From contig JBHYGA010000001.1 in NCBI GenBank assembly GCA_051859245.1, positions 1,565,722-1,629,721 on the forward strand: 64,000 nt of DNA, written 5' to 3'. The notes under the pieces were generated by a model. The model was not told where the DNA came from and did no database searches. It saw only the letters and a list, made by a program, of their open reading frames with translations. This DNA is from Gemmatimonadaceae bacterium. Its GTDB lineage: Bacteria > Gemmatimonadota > Gemmatimonadetes > Gemmatimonadales > Gemmatimonadaceae. Shown here piece by piece: positions 9,347-19,166 of the stretch. How positions within the stretch are numbered: the stretch's first letter is position 1; every line of letters starts with the position of its first letter. Both the position numbers and the translations under genes were made by a program.

Positions 9347-10756
9347 GTGAGCAACGAGGATGTTGTCGAGCTTGAGGTGACGTCTCTCGCCGCCGGCGGC
9401 GATGGTGTAGCGCGGTGGAATCAACTCGCCGTGTTTATTCCGCGCACCGCCACCGGTGATGTGGTGCGTGCTCGCGTTCGCGCGAAGGCGAACTTTGCAC
9501 GCGGCGCGGTTGAGGCGGTGCTTCGCGCGTCGCCGAATCGTGTCGAGGCGCCCTGCATTCACTTTGTGCGCGATCAATGCGGTGGGTGCCAGTGGCAGCA
9601 TCTGTCAATACACGCGCAGCGCGATGCCAAAACGCAGCTTGTGGTGGACGCGTTTGCGCGGATTGCGCGCACGCCGATTGCTCGGCCCGAAATCTCGGGA
9701 GACGAGCACACCTTGGCGTATCGGCGCACGCTCAGCTTTACGGTGCGTGGAAACAGCGGCAAACGACACGGTGGATTTCACGCGGCCGCGTCACCCGATG
9801 TGATTGTGCCGATCGGGCGGTGTCTCATTGCGCACGCTGACATTCAGAACACATGGGATGTGTTGCGCCGCCACCTTGCGCTGCTGCCTCGCGTGCGTGC
9901 ACACGTGGCGCGCAGTGAGAACGATGCCAAGCGTAACGTGCGCCGGCGGCGCGATGGGCGCGAAGTGCATGACGATTTGCGTGTGTCGCTGCGTCGACTG
10001 GGTGACGAGGCGATTGCGCTGGTGGTCGAGGGCGGCACCATGTGGCGTGACGAGACGATCACCACACTCGCCGCGCAGCTTCCCATGTGTCGTGGCATCT
10101 GGTGGAAGCCCGAAAGTCGCGAGGCGCGGCTGGTTTGGGAGCCGGTGCAGGGGACCGACGACACCGCGCGTGATGCGAATGCCGCGGCGGCGCTCGATGT
10201 CGCGGCAAGTTTCGTGCAGGTGAACGAAGGCGTGGCGGCGCTGATGCACACGTACGTGTACGACCTCGTGCAACGCGAATCACCGACGCACGTGATTGAT
10301 GCGTACGCGGGCACTGGTCGTCTGGCGATTGCACTCACGAACGCGGTCGGAGCAATCGAACCGTCAGCGGGTGCACCAGGCGCCCACATCCGCGTGACCG
10401 CAATCGAACGCGATGTGCGTGCAAGCGCGTACGCCGCAGCCCAGTTCACCGAACCGTCACGCGCTGTGCAAGGCGCGGTGGAAGAACAGCTCGCGCACGC
10501 GTTGCCCGCCGATGTCGTGGTCCTCAATCCGCCGCGCGGCGGGGTCGACCGTGCGGTGACTGAACTGCTGTCTGCCGCCGTGGCACAACCGCATCGTCCA
10601 CGATTGCTGGTGTATGTGAGTTGTGATCCCGCCACGCTCGCGCGCGATGTGGCCCGGCTGACCGGCTGGCGAGTTGAGCACGTGCACTGTTTTGATATGT
10701 TTCCGCAAACTGCGCACGTGGAAACCGTGTGCGTCCTGCGCCCGGAGGCGTTGTGA
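9347..10756 (+). CDS. TRAM-domain RNA (uracil-5)-methyltransferase, RlmD/TrmA family
   Basis: TRAM N-terminus, CxHF...CGGCQWQH Fe-S motif, SFVQVN, NPPRGG, YVSCDPATLARD, DMFPQTAHVE. Start codon uncertain. Confidence 0.88.
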   Translation: MSNEDVVELEVTSLAAGGDGVARWNQLAVFIPRTATGDVVRARVRAKANFARGAVEAVLRASPNRVEAPCIHFVRDQCGGCQWQHLSIHAQRDAKTQLVVDAFARIARTPIARPEISGDEHTLAYRRTLSFTVRGNSGKRHGGFHAAASPDVIVPIGRCLIAHADIQNTWDVLRRHLALLPRVRAHVARSENDAKRNVRRRRDGREVHDDLRVSLRRLGDEAIALVVEGGTMWRDETITTLAAQLPMCRGIWWKPESREARLVWEPVQGTDDTARDANAAAALDVAASFVQVNEGVAALMHTYVYDLVQRESPTHVIDAYAGTGRLAIALTNAVGAIEPSAGAPGAHIRVTAIERDVRASAYAAAQFTEPSRAVQGAVEEQLAHALPADVVVLNPPRGGVDRAVTELLSAAVAQPHRPRLLVYVSCDPATLARDVARLTGWRVEHVHCFDMFPQTAHVETVCVLRPEAL

Positions 10757-11262
10757 AATACATCGTGGATATCGCGGGCCAACGACTCGTGGTGGAGCTC
10801 GATGGCACGCATGTGTCAGTAGATGGCGAACGCGTTCCCGCCACACTGGAATCGATTGACGGAACGCCGGTGCGGCTGCTGCGCGTCGGTGACACGGTGC
10901 ATCGCGTGCTGGCAAAGCGCGATGGCGCGCGCGGCGAGTACACCCTCGACGTGGACGGCTGGCAGTTCCGCGCCGAAGCGCACGACGAGCGCACACGGGC
11001 CATTCGTGATCTGGCCGCGGCGTCGAGAGCCAGCGCCGGTCCATCGCCGTTGGTCGCCCCAATGCCCGGACTCGTGGTCCGCGTGATGGTGGCCGAAGGC
11101 GACGAGGTGGCGGCGGGTCAGGGCCTCGTGGTGGTGGAGGCCATGAAGATGGAGAACGAGCTCCGGGCCGCGGTGGCCGCACGTGTCACGGCCGTGCGAG
11201 CGGTCGCCGGCACGGCCGTGGACAAAGGTGCGGTCCTGGTAGAGCTGGCGGCGCTCTCGTAG
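10753..11262 (+). CDS. accB: Biotin carboxyl carrier protein
   Basis: APMPGLVV...VVEAMKMENEL biotinylation motif; GTG overlaps the upstream stop. Confidence 0.9.
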   Translation: MKYIVDIAGQRLVVELDGTHVSVDGERVPATLESIDGTPVRLLRVGDTVHRVLAKRDGARGEYTLDVDGWQFRAEAHDERTRAIRDLAAASRASAGPSPLVAPMPGLVVRVMVAEGDEVAAGQGLVVVEAMKMENELRAAVAARVTAVRAVAGTAVDKGAVLVELAALS

Positions 11263-11278
11263 CGCTGCCGCGCCCGCG

Positions 11279-11638
11279 TTACGCGGCCGGAGCCGGTGGC
11301 TTCTGTCGGCGGAGACGGTTCAGGCCTTTCACCACGATGAAGAGGGTGAAGGCCACAATGGCAAAGTCCACGACGTTCTGAATGACGTTGCCGTAGTTGA
11401 TCGTGCCGACGCCGGCCTCCTTGGCCGCCTCGATCGTGGCGTACGTGCCGCCGTCGAGCGCCACGAACAGTCCTTTGAAATCGCGGCCGCCGAGTGCAAG
11501 CCCGACCACCGGCATGATCAGATCGTCCACCAGCGAAGACACGATTTTGTTGAAGGAGGCGCCGATAACCACGCCCACGGCGAGGTCCATAACGTTGCCC
11601 TTGACGGCAAATTCCTTGAACTCGGACATCATTCCCAT
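11279..11638 (-). CDS. mscL: Large-conductance mechanosensitive channel
   Basis: EFKEFAVKGNVMDLAVGVVIG...KIVSSLVDDLIMP...YGNVIQNVVDF. Confidence 0.96.
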   Translation of the reverse strand: MGMMSEFKEFAVKGNVMDLAVGVVIGASFNKIVSSLVDDLIMPVVGLALGGRDFKGLFVALDGGTYATIEAAKEAGVGTINYGNVIQNVVDFAIVAFTLFIVVKGLNRLRRQKPPAPAA

Positions 11639-11726
11639 AACGGGCTCCGAAGAAGAGAAAACGGCGAAAGGGGCACAATGAAGCCTCGCGCGCGGCGTCG
11701 CAAGCCACAATCGCGGCTCACGTCCG

Positions 11727-11755
11727 TTGACAGGTCCTAAGTCTTTGGATATTCT
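11727..11755 (+). promoter_or_regulatory. Sigma-70 promoter of rplM-rpsI
   Basis: TTGACA-17 bp-TATTCT. Confidence 0.7.
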
Positions 11756-11970
11756 ACAAGTCTGTCTTGTTTTGGGTGCCCCGGCAGGCCTCGGGCGCCC
11801 GTGTTCCCAACCAGACTACTCTGCCAGGCACCGTCTGCACGAGCCCTATTGGCCCGTGCGCTCGGCGTCTGGCGGTTACCCCAAGGCAACACCGGTACGT
11901 TGCCTGCCCTTGGATCCCGTGGTGGGGTCCACCCACTGGGACCGGTTTCCGGCCCCCTGTTGATGCTCGC

Positions 11971-12420
11971 ATGAAGACTTACAGCGCTACGCCGAAGGAT
12001 TTTGACCATCGTTGGTACGTGGTAGACGCCGAGGGCATGGTCCTCGGCCGTTTGGCGTCCGAGGTCGCGAAGATCCTCCGCGGCAAGCACAAGCCGATGT
12101 TCACCCCGCACATGGATACCGGTGACTTTGTCATCGTGATCAATGCCGCCAAGGTCCGTGTCACGGGTAACAAGGCCACCCAGAAAACGTACTTCAAGCA
12201 CACCGGCTACATGGGCCACGAGTCGCACACGCCGCTCGCGTCGGTGCTGGCCAAACATCCGGACCGCGTGATTGAGCGGGCGGTGTTCGGTATGCTTCCG
12301 AAGAATGCGCTGTCGCGCGGCACCGTCCGTCGCAAGCTGCGCGTCTACGCGAGCACTGAACATCCGCACACGGCGCAGCAGCCCACGCCGCTGACCTTCT
12401 CGCAGCACGAGGCCAAGTAA
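11971..12420 (+). CDS. rplM: 50S ribosomal protein L13
   Basis: WYVVDAEGMVLGRLASEVAKILRGKHKPMFTPHMDTGD. Confidence 0.98.
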   Translation: MKTYSATPKDFDHRWYVVDAEGMVLGRLASEVAKILRGKHKPMFTPHMDTGDFVIVINAAKVRVTGNKATQKTYFKHTGYMGHESHTPLASVLAKHPDRVIERAVFGMLPKNALSRGTVRRKLRVYASTEHPHTAQQPTPLTFSQHEAK

Positions 12421-12806
12421 TGTCGACCACGCATGCCATCGGCCGCCGCAAGGAAGCCGTTTGCCGTATTTACCTCACGCCTGGTTCGGGCAAGTGGGAC
12501 ATCAACGGTCGTCAGCTCGGTGAGTTCTTCCCGCGTCCGGCGCTCGTGTCGTCCATCCAGCAGCCGTTTACGGCCACGGATACGCTCGGTCAGTACGATG
12601 TGCGCGCGCTGCTCAGCGGCGGCGGTGTGGCCGGTCAGTCCGGCGCGCTGCGTCTCGCGATTGCGCGTGCACTCGTCAAGGTCGACGAGTCCAACAAGCC
12701 CAAGCTTCGTCCCCTCGGTCTGCTGACGCGCGATGCGCGCTCGGTCGAGCGTAAGAAGCCGGGTCAGCCGGGCGCTCGTAAGAAGTTCCAGTTCTCCAAG
12801 CGTTAA
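12420..12806 (+). CDS. rpsI: 30S ribosomal protein S9
   Basis: GRRKEA...GGGVAGQSGA...LTRDARSVERKKPG...QFSKR. Confidence 0.98.
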   Translation: MSTTHAIGRRKEAVCRIYLTPGSGKWDINGRQLGEFFPRPALVSSIQQPFTATDTLGQYDVRALLSGGGVAGQSGALRLAIARALVKVDESNKPKLRPLGLLTRDARSVERKKPGQPGARKKFQFSKR

Positions 12807-12828
12807 TCGCTTTCGCGATTACGTCTAT

Positions 12829-12915
12829 CACTCACGCCGTCCGAGTACGAAGCGGGTGCCGATGCCTTCAGGGCGATCGGTCGCTTCGTACGGTGACGAC
12901 GGCGGACGCATAACC
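12829..12915 (+). ncRNA. rpsB leader (t44-like S2 autoregulatory RNA)
   Basis: CACTCACG...GGGTGCC...GGACGCATAACC resemble the conserved blocks of the t44/rpsB leader; stems CGCCGTC/GACGGCG and GTACGAAGCG/CGCTTCGTAC; located just upstream of rpsB. Confidence 0.7.
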
Positions 12916-12929
12916 ACACGTATTGCATC

Positions 12930-13853
12930 ATGGCTAATCCGTCACTTGAACAACTGCTTGCCGCTGGCGTCCATTTCGGACACCAGACGCGCCGCTGGAA
13001 TCCGAAGATGCGCCGGTTCATTTTCGCCGAGCGCAACGGCATCCACATTATCGACCTGCAGAAGACGCTCCGTCAGATCGAACTCGCGCAGAAGCTGGTG
13101 CGTGAAGTCGTACTGCGCGGCGAAAGCGTACTCTTTGTCTGCACCAAGCGTCAGCTCGCCGCCATTGTGCGCGACGAAGCCGATCGTTGCCACTCCATGT
13201 TCGTCACGGAGCGTTGGTTGGGCGGTATGCTTACCAACTTCCAGACGGTCAAGAAGCAGGTCCGCAAGCTGAAAGACCTCGAGGCGGGCTCGGAAGACGG
13301 CACGCTCGCGAACTACACCAAAAAGGAACAGCTGATGATGTCGCGTCAGCGCGAGAAGCTCTCGAAGTATCTCGAGGGCATCAAGAGCATGACGCGCGTG
13401 CCGGGCCTGCTGTTCATCGTGGACAGCAAGAAGGAGCGCATCGCGGTGACGGAAGCCAACAAGCTTGGCATCCCGATTGTCTCCATCTGCGATACGAACG
13501 CTGATCCTGATCTGATCACCGTACCGATCGCCGGTAATGACGACGCGATTCGTTCCGTTGAGCTGATCACGAAGGCCATTGCCGACACGATCGAACAAGC
13601 GCGTCGCGAAGCACCCGCTCGTCCGCAGGAAGACGAGTCGGAGAGCTACGTGTACAGCACGGATCGTGGCGCTGAGCCGGCCGCGAAGAGCGATTCGGAA
13701 GCCGACCGCAAGCGTCGTCGTCCGCGCCGCCGTCGCGCCAAGCCCGAAGCCATTGCGCGTCTGCGCACGGGCGGTGAAGCGGGCGCTGAAGGAGCGGACG
13801 CCGGCGATGCCGACGACGCGGGTGCAGACGAAGGCGCAGCCGGCGACGAGTAA
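12930..13853 (+). CDS. rpsB: 30S ribosomal protein S2 with C-terminal extension
   Basis: AGVHFGHQTRRWNPKM, RWLGGMLTNF, GNDDAIRS. Confidence 0.98.
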   Translation: MANPSLEQLLAAGVHFGHQTRRWNPKMRRFIFAERNGIHIIDLQKTLRQIELAQKLVREVVLRGESVLFVCTKRQLAAIVRDEADRCHSMFVTERWLGGMLTNFQTVKKQVRKLKDLEAGSEDGTLANYTKKEQLMMSRQREKLSKYLEGIKSMTRVPGLLFIVDSKKERIAVTEANKLGIPIVSICDTNADPDLITVPIAGNDDAIRSVELITKAIADTIEQARREAPARPQEDESESYVYSTDRGAEPAAKSDSEADRKRRRPRRRRAKPEAIARLRTGGEAGAEGADAGDADDAGADEGAAGDE

Positions 13854-14083
13854 CGCCCGCTGGCGGCCCGGGGCGCCCTTATGGGGCGCAACCGTCCGTC
13901 CGGCCTGGTAGTGCGACGCCGCCGGCCCTTCTGCCGGCGGCGTTCGCGTAAGCGGGAGAATGGTGTCGCATGATCATGGTGCGATCGCCATACTTCCAGC
14001 AGCAGACACCGCGCCTGTGCGTTGCAGCGCGGCCATCCGACTTGATATCACGATTGACTCGCCCAGGAGACAGGGTACTGCAT

Positions 14084-14962
14084 ATGAGCACACCGATCAC
14101 CGCCAAGGACGTCGCCGCGCTTCGCGCGCGTACCGGCGCTGGAATGATGGATTGCAAGAAGGCGCTCGAAGAGAACGCGGGCGACATCGATGCGGCCGTG
14201 GAATGGCTGCGCAAGCGTGGTATCGCGAAGGCCGAAAAGCGCGCCGATCGCAGCACGTCCGAGGGCCTGATCGGCTCCGACGTTCGCGCTGAAGGCACGG
14301 TTGGCGTGCTCGTTGAACTCGGCTGCGAAACAGATTTCGTGGCGCGTAACGATGACTTCGGCGCGGTGCTGAATCAGCTCGTTGAAGCCATGGCCACGTC
14401 GGGTGCGGAAGATACCGCCGCGTTCCTCGCATCGAGCATCGAAGGCAAGTCAGTTGACGAGTTCGTGAAGCTCGTGAGCGGCAAGACGGGTGAAGCCGTG
14501 GCCGTGCGTCGTGTCGCGCGCATCGACGCGGGCGCGAACGGTGCGATTGGCGCGTACCGCCATCACAACGGCAAGCTCGCAACGCTCGTGGGTGTGTCGG
14601 CCTCGTCGGCCGATGTCGCGAAGCATCCGGCGGCGCTGGAAGCGGCGAAGTTCATTGCCGAACACATCGCCGCGGCTGCACCAATCGCGGTAGATCGCGA
14701 CGGTGTGCCGGCCGACAAGTTGGAGAGTGAAATGCGCATTGCCGAAGACCAGGCGCGTCAGACCGGCAAGCCCGAGGAGATGATTCAGAAGATCGCCAAG
14801 GGCAAGGTCGAGTCGTACCTCAAGGAAGTCACGCTGCTTCCGCAGGCGTGGGTGCGCGATCCGTCCAAGTCGATTGCCGACGTGCTGAAGGAGCATGGCA
14901 AAGCGGCCGGCGGTGACCTCTCGGTCACGCGTTTTGTGCGCTTCCAGCTCGGCGTCGAATAA
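14084..14962 (+). CDS. tsf: Elongation factor Ts
   Basis: LRARTGAGMMDCKKAL, ELGCETDFVA, RFVRFQLG. Confidence 0.97.
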   Translation: MSTPITAKDVAALRARTGAGMMDCKKALEENAGDIDAAVEWLRKRGIAKAEKRADRSTSEGLIGSDVRAEGTVGVLVELGCETDFVARNDDFGAVLNQLVEAMATSGAEDTAAFLASSIEGKSVDEFVKLVSGKTGEAVAVRRVARIDAGANGAIGAYRHHNGKLATLVGVSASSADVAKHPAALEAAKFIAEHIAAAAPIAVDRDGVPADKLESEMRIAEDQARQTGKPEEMIQKIAKGKVESYLKEVTLLPQAWVRDPSKSIADVLKEHGKAAGGDLSVTRFVRFQLGVE

Positions 14963-14965
14963 CTC

Positions 14966-15721
14966 GTGGCGGATACTCCACAACTAACCGACTCGGATGT
15001 GATGACATCCGAGTCGGTGAAGTACCCCCGCGTGCTGCTCAAGCTCTCGGGCGAAGCGCTCGCGGGTGAACGTGGGCTTGGTTTTGATTTTGACCGGCTC
15101 GCGTTTTTCGCCGAAGAGATCGCTGGTGTCGTGTCGATGGGCGTGCAACTCGGGTTGGTGATTGGCGGCGGCAATATTGTGCGCGGATCGCAGCTCGCCC
15201 CGTTGGGCATGGATCGTGTGTCGGCCGATTACATGGGCATGCTCGGTACGGTGATCAATGCGCTCGCGCTGCAGGACGTGCTGGAGAAGCGCGGACTCGA
15301 TACGCGTGTGATGACGGCGATTCGCATGGAAGAGCTCGCCGAGCCGTACATTCGCCGTCGTGCGATGCGTCACTTTGAAAAGGGGCGCATTGTCATTTTT
15401 GCTGCGGGCACGGGCAATCCGTATTTTTCAACCGATACGGCCGCGGTGTTGCGTGCGATTCAGATGAAAGCAGACATCATCATCAAGGCCACCAGTGTTG
15501 ACGGCGTGTACAATGCGGATCCCAAGAAGGATCCGAATGCAAAGATGTACGAGACCATCAGTTACCGTGACGTGATGATGGGCGAGTTGCGTGTGATGGA
15601 TCAGACGGCCATCACCTTGTGCAAGGAAAACTCGCTTCCACTGATCGTCTTGAACATTCACCAACCAGGCGCGGTTGCGGCGGCGGTCCGCGGTACGCGC
15701 ATAGGGACTCTCGTGTCATGA
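14966..15721 (+). CDS. pyrH: UMP kinase
   Basis: [29 protein letters not shown]. Start may instead be ATG 15002. Confidence 0.96.
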   Translation: MADTPQLTDSDVMTSESVKYPRVLLKLSGEALAGERGLGFDFDRLAFFAEEIAGVVSMGVQLGLVIGGGNIVRGSQLAPLGMDRVSADYMGMLGTVINALALQDVLEKRGLDTRVMTAIRMEELAEPYIRRRAMRHFEKGRIVIFAAGTGNPYFSTDTAAVLRAIQMKADIIIKATSVDGVYNADPKKDPNAKMYETISYRDVMMGELRVMDQTAITLCKENSLPLIVLNIHQPGAVAAAVRGTRIGTLVS

Positions 15722-16272
15722 GCTCTGTTGCCCAGATTCTGAAAGATTGTCGTAGCGGAATGGAAAAGGCGGTTGAGGCTTCCAAGCGCGACTTCTCCGG
15801 TATTCGTTCCGGCAAGGCGTCGCCGAACATGCTCGACACGGTTCGTGTCGAAGTGTACGGCTCCATGATGGCGCTCAATCAGGTGGCGAGTGTATCCGCG
15901 CCAGAGCCGCGCATTCTCATGGTGCAGCCGTTCGATAAGGGACAGGCCAAGGTGATCGAGAAGGCAATTCGCGATTCCGATCTTGGTCTTGAGCCGTCGA
16001 ATCAGGGTGGGGTGATTCGCGTACCGTTGCCGCAGATGACGGAAGAGCGTCGTAAGGAACTGGTGAAGGTGTTGCACAAGCTGGCCGAAGAAGGCAAGGT
16101 CGCTGTTCGCCACGCACGCACGGATGCACGCGACAAGATCAAAAAGCTTGACGGCGTTTCAGAAGACGACAAGAAGCACGGCGAAAAAGACTTGCAGAAG
16201 GTGCACGACGAGTTCATCGCGAAGATCGAGAGTCTCGTCAAGGCGAAGGAAGTCGAGGTGATGGAAGTCTGA
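15718..16272 (+). CDS. frr: Ribosome recycling factor
   Basis: [25 protein letters not shown]. Confidence 0.97.
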   Translation: MSSVAQILKDCRSGMEKAVEASKRDFSGIRSGKASPNMLDTVRVEVYGSMMALNQVASVSAPEPRILMVQPFDKGQAKVIEKAIRDSDLGLEPSNQGGVIRVPLPQMTEERRKELVKVLHKLAEEGKVAVRHARTDARDKIKKLDGVSEDDKKHGEKDLQKVHDEFIAKIESLVKAKEVEVMEV

Positions 16273-16319
16273 GTAAACCGTTCCGGCGCGATTCCTTTCC
16301 CCAGCCCGCAACATCAGCC

Positions 16320-17129
16320 GTGAACCCTGTGTCGCTCACCGCGGTCAGCACTCCTGGCAACGACGTCAAAAGTGCTGACGCCACCCACGCTTCCACCGAC
16401 GCCCTGCTGCAACAGCTGCAGGGCGCTCCGGTGCCGAGGCACATTGCCATCATCATGGATGGCAATGGCCGTTGGGCGCGCAGTCGTCACATGCCGAGGC
16501 CGTTCGGTCATCGCGCGGGCATGAAGGCTGTGCGTGCGGTTGTGGAAGCGTCAATCGCCGCGGGAGTCGAGTGGCTGTCGCTGTTCGCGTTCTCGCAGGA
16601 GAACTGGCAGCGTCCGCAGCCGGAAATCAGCGCGCTCATGTCGCTGCTTGAGGAATACATTCAGTCGGAGTTGCGCGAGTTGCGTGAACAGGGCGTGCGC
16701 ATTCGCGTGCACGGCGATCTGTCGCGGCTCAACGGTGCTGCCGCCGCCGCTGTTGAACGCGCGGTTGCCGAAACCGCGCACTGCACTCGTCTCGGTCTGA
16801 ACTTGTTCATCTCGTATGGCGGGCGCGCCGAACTCGTGCGCGCGATGCAGCTGGTGGCCAAAGATGTGCAGGCCGGCCTGATCACGCCGGAGCAGGTGGA
16901 CGAAGACACGATTCGCGCGCGATTGTTCACCCAGGATTGTCCGGATCCTGATCTGTTGATTCGTACATCCGGTGAACGACGATTGTCGAACTTCATGCTG
17001 TGGCAGGTGGCCTACGCCGAGTTGTACATCTCGAACGTGCTGTGGCCCGATTTTGATCGCACGGCCCTCTTTGAGGCGATCCTCGACTTTCAGGGACGCG
17101 ATCGCCGGTTTGGCAAAGTGGCCAAGTGA
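16320..17129 (+). CDS. uppS: Undecaprenyl diphosphate synthase
   Basis: PRHIAIIMDGNGRWA, FSQENWQRP, DLLIRTSGERRLSNFMLWQ. Start uncertain. Confidence 0.95.
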   Translation: MNPVSLTAVSTPGNDVKSADATHASTDALLQQLQGAPVPRHIAIIMDGNGRWARSRHMPRPFGHRAGMKAVRAVVEASIAAGVEWLSLFAFSQENWQRPQPEISALMSLLEEYIQSELRELREQGVRIRVHGDLSRLNGAAAAAVERAVAETAHCTRLGLNLFISYGGRAELVRAMQLVAKDVQAGLITPEQVDEDTIRARLFTQDCPDPDLLIRTSGERRLSNFMLWQVAYAELYISNVLWPDFDRTALFEAILDFQGRDRRFGKVAK

Positions 17130-17165
17130 TCATGGCCAGCGTTCGCTCGCTCGCGTGCGTCACGC

Positions 17166-18023
17166 ATGAGTGAGCTGGCTCGGCGAGTTATCGTCTCGCT
17201 CATTGGCGCCCCACTCGCACTCTTCATTTTGTGGTACGGCGGCGCACCGCTCGCCACGTTGGTGAGCGCACTCTCGGCGATTGCGGCGTGGGAGTTGTTT
17301 CGTATTGCGCGCGCCGGTGGCTACACGCCAGTCGCGCCGCTCGGCATCGCCATGGCGGCGGTGGTGCCGTTGGTCGTGCACGCCGAGCATCTCGGCTTGA
17401 TTCGCGTGCCGTTTTCGGCACCGGCGATTGCGGTGCTCGTTGTGCTCGCCGCGGCGCTGTTCACACGTGCGACGAGCGAACGTCCACTCGGCGCTGCGGC
17501 CGTCACGATGTTTGGTGTCGCGTACACGGGTGGTTTGCTCAGCTTTGCGTACGCACTTCGGTACTTCGATTACGCCGTTGGACAGAACGCTGGCGCGGTG
17601 GTTGTCGCGTTCCCGTTGGCACTCACGTGGGCATCTGACATCGGGGCGTACTTCACGGGTCGTGCGGTGGGCGGTCGCAAGTTGATGCCGTCGATCAGCC
17701 CGGGAAAAACGGTGAGTGGTGCGATTGGCGGACTGATCATGACTGTGATCGTGGCGTGGTTGTATCAACGCTACGTGATGATTCCGGTGGCGCGACTCGC
17801 GTTCACTCCGGGTGTCTTGATCGCCGTGGCGATCACCATGAGTGTCGTGGCCCAGATCGGTGACCTTGTGGAGTCGCAACTCAAGCGCGAAGGCCATGTG
17901 AAGGATTCGTCGAGCCTGCTACCAGGACACGGCGGTATTCTGGATCGTGTTGACGCGTTGCTGTTCACCTTTCCGGCGGCGTTTGTTCTGCTCAAGTGGC
18001 TTGTTCTTCCTGTTCCGGGCTGA
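17166..18023 (+). CDS. cdsA: Phosphatidate cytidylyltransferase
   Basis: WASDIGAYFTG, ISPGKT, GDLVESQLKR...KDSSSLLPGHGGILDRVD. Confidence 0.95.
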   Translation: MSELARRVIVSLIGAPLALFILWYGGAPLATLVSALSAIAAWELFRIARAGGYTPVAPLGIAMAAVVPLVVHAEHLGLIRVPFSAPAIAVLVVLAAALFTRATSERPLGAAAVTMFGVAYTGGLLSFAYALRYFDYAVGQNAGAVVVAFPLALTWASDIGAYFTGRAVGGRKLMPSISPGKTVSGAIGGLIMTVIVAWLYQRYVMIPVARLAFTPGVLIAVAITMSVVAQIGDLVESQLKREGHVKDSSSLLPGHGGILDRVDALLFTFPAAFVLLKWLVLPVPG

Positions 18024-18029
18024 GTACGC

Positions 18030-19166
18030 ATGCATGAACCTCTTGGCGTTGCGTTGCTTGGCAGTACCGGTTCCATTGGCACAAGCACGCTGCGCGTTCT
18101 CGCACGACACACCGATCGTTTTGCGGCCGTTGCGCTCACCGCCAACGGCAATGTTTCGCTGCTTGAGTCGCAGGTGCGCACGTGGTCGCCCGCCTTTGTT
18201 GGCGTCGTCAGCGGAACGCCACCAGCCGGCTGCAACTGGCGTACCGGACCGGAATGCCTGATCGAAGCCGCGTCTCGCAGTGATGTTGACATCGTGCTGA
18301 ACGCGGTGGTCGGCGCGGCCGGACTGCAAGCCACGCTGGCCGCGCTCGGCGCCGGCAAGCGCGTGGCGCTGGCGAACAAGGAAACGCTCGTGGTGGCCGG
18401 GCCCGTCGTCATGGCCGCAGCCCGCGAGGGCAGGGGCTCGCTTGTACCGGTCGACAGTGAGCACTCGGCAATTTTGCAGTGTCTGGCGGGCCGTCGTCCC
18501 GACGAGATCAGGCGGTTAGTGATCACCGCATCGGGCGGGCCGTTCCGCACGTGGTCGAGTTCGCAGATCGCGAACGCCACCGTGGCCGACGCGCTGAATC
18601 ATCCCACGTGGCGCATGGGCAGCAAGATCACGATTGATTCCGCGACCCTCGCCAACAAGGCGCTGGAAGTGATTGAAGCGCACTACCTGTTTGGCGTGCC
18701 GTACGATCGCATTGATGTTGTGGTGCACCCGCAGAGCATTGTGCATTCGTTCGTGGAGTTCACCGACGGCAGCACGCTCGCGCAGCTCGGTGTGCCGAGC
18801 ATGGAGCTGCCGATTCTCTACGCGCTCACGCACCCGGAACGCCTGCCGGACGACGGCGTACCACGCTTTGACCCGGTGACGGCTGGTACGCTCGATTTCG
18901 AGCCCGTTCGACACGCGGACTTTCCGGCGCTCGGGCTCGGAATTTCGGCCGGACGGATCGGCGGCGCTGCTCCGGCGGTATTTAATGCAGCCAACGAGGA
19001 GGCCGTGGCGGCTTTTCTCGCGGGACAACTTACGTTTGGACAGATTGCAGAGCGTATTGCTCACGCGCTCGACGATCTGTCCGGTCACCCTGGCGCAACG
19101 CTCGAGGAACTCCTCGCGGTTGATGCCGAGGCCAGACGTCACGTCAAATCCAGGCTCTTGTGCTGA
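18030..19166 (+). CDS. dxr: 1-deoxy-D-xylulose-5-phosphate reductoisomerase
   Basis: LGSTGSIG, LANKET, PVDSEHSA, TASGGPFR, MGSKITIDSAT. Confidence 0.97.
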   Translation: MHEPLGVALLGSTGSIGTSTLRVLARHTDRFAAVALTANGNVSLLESQVRTWSPAFVGVVSGTPPAGCNWRTGPECLIEAASRSDVDIVLNAVVGAAGLQATLAALGAGKRVALANKETLVVAGPVVMAAAREGRGSLVPVDSEHSAILQCLAGRRPDEIRRLVITASGGPFRTWSSSQIANATVADALNHPTWRMGSKITIDSATLANKALEVIEAHYLFGVPYDRIDVVVHPQSIVHSFVEFTDGSTLAQLGVPSMELPILYALTHPERLPDDGVPRFDPVTAGTLDFEPVRHADFPALGLGISAGRIGGAAPAVFNAANEEAVAAFLAGQLTFGQIAERIAHALDDLSGHPGATLEELLAVDAEARRHVKSRLLC

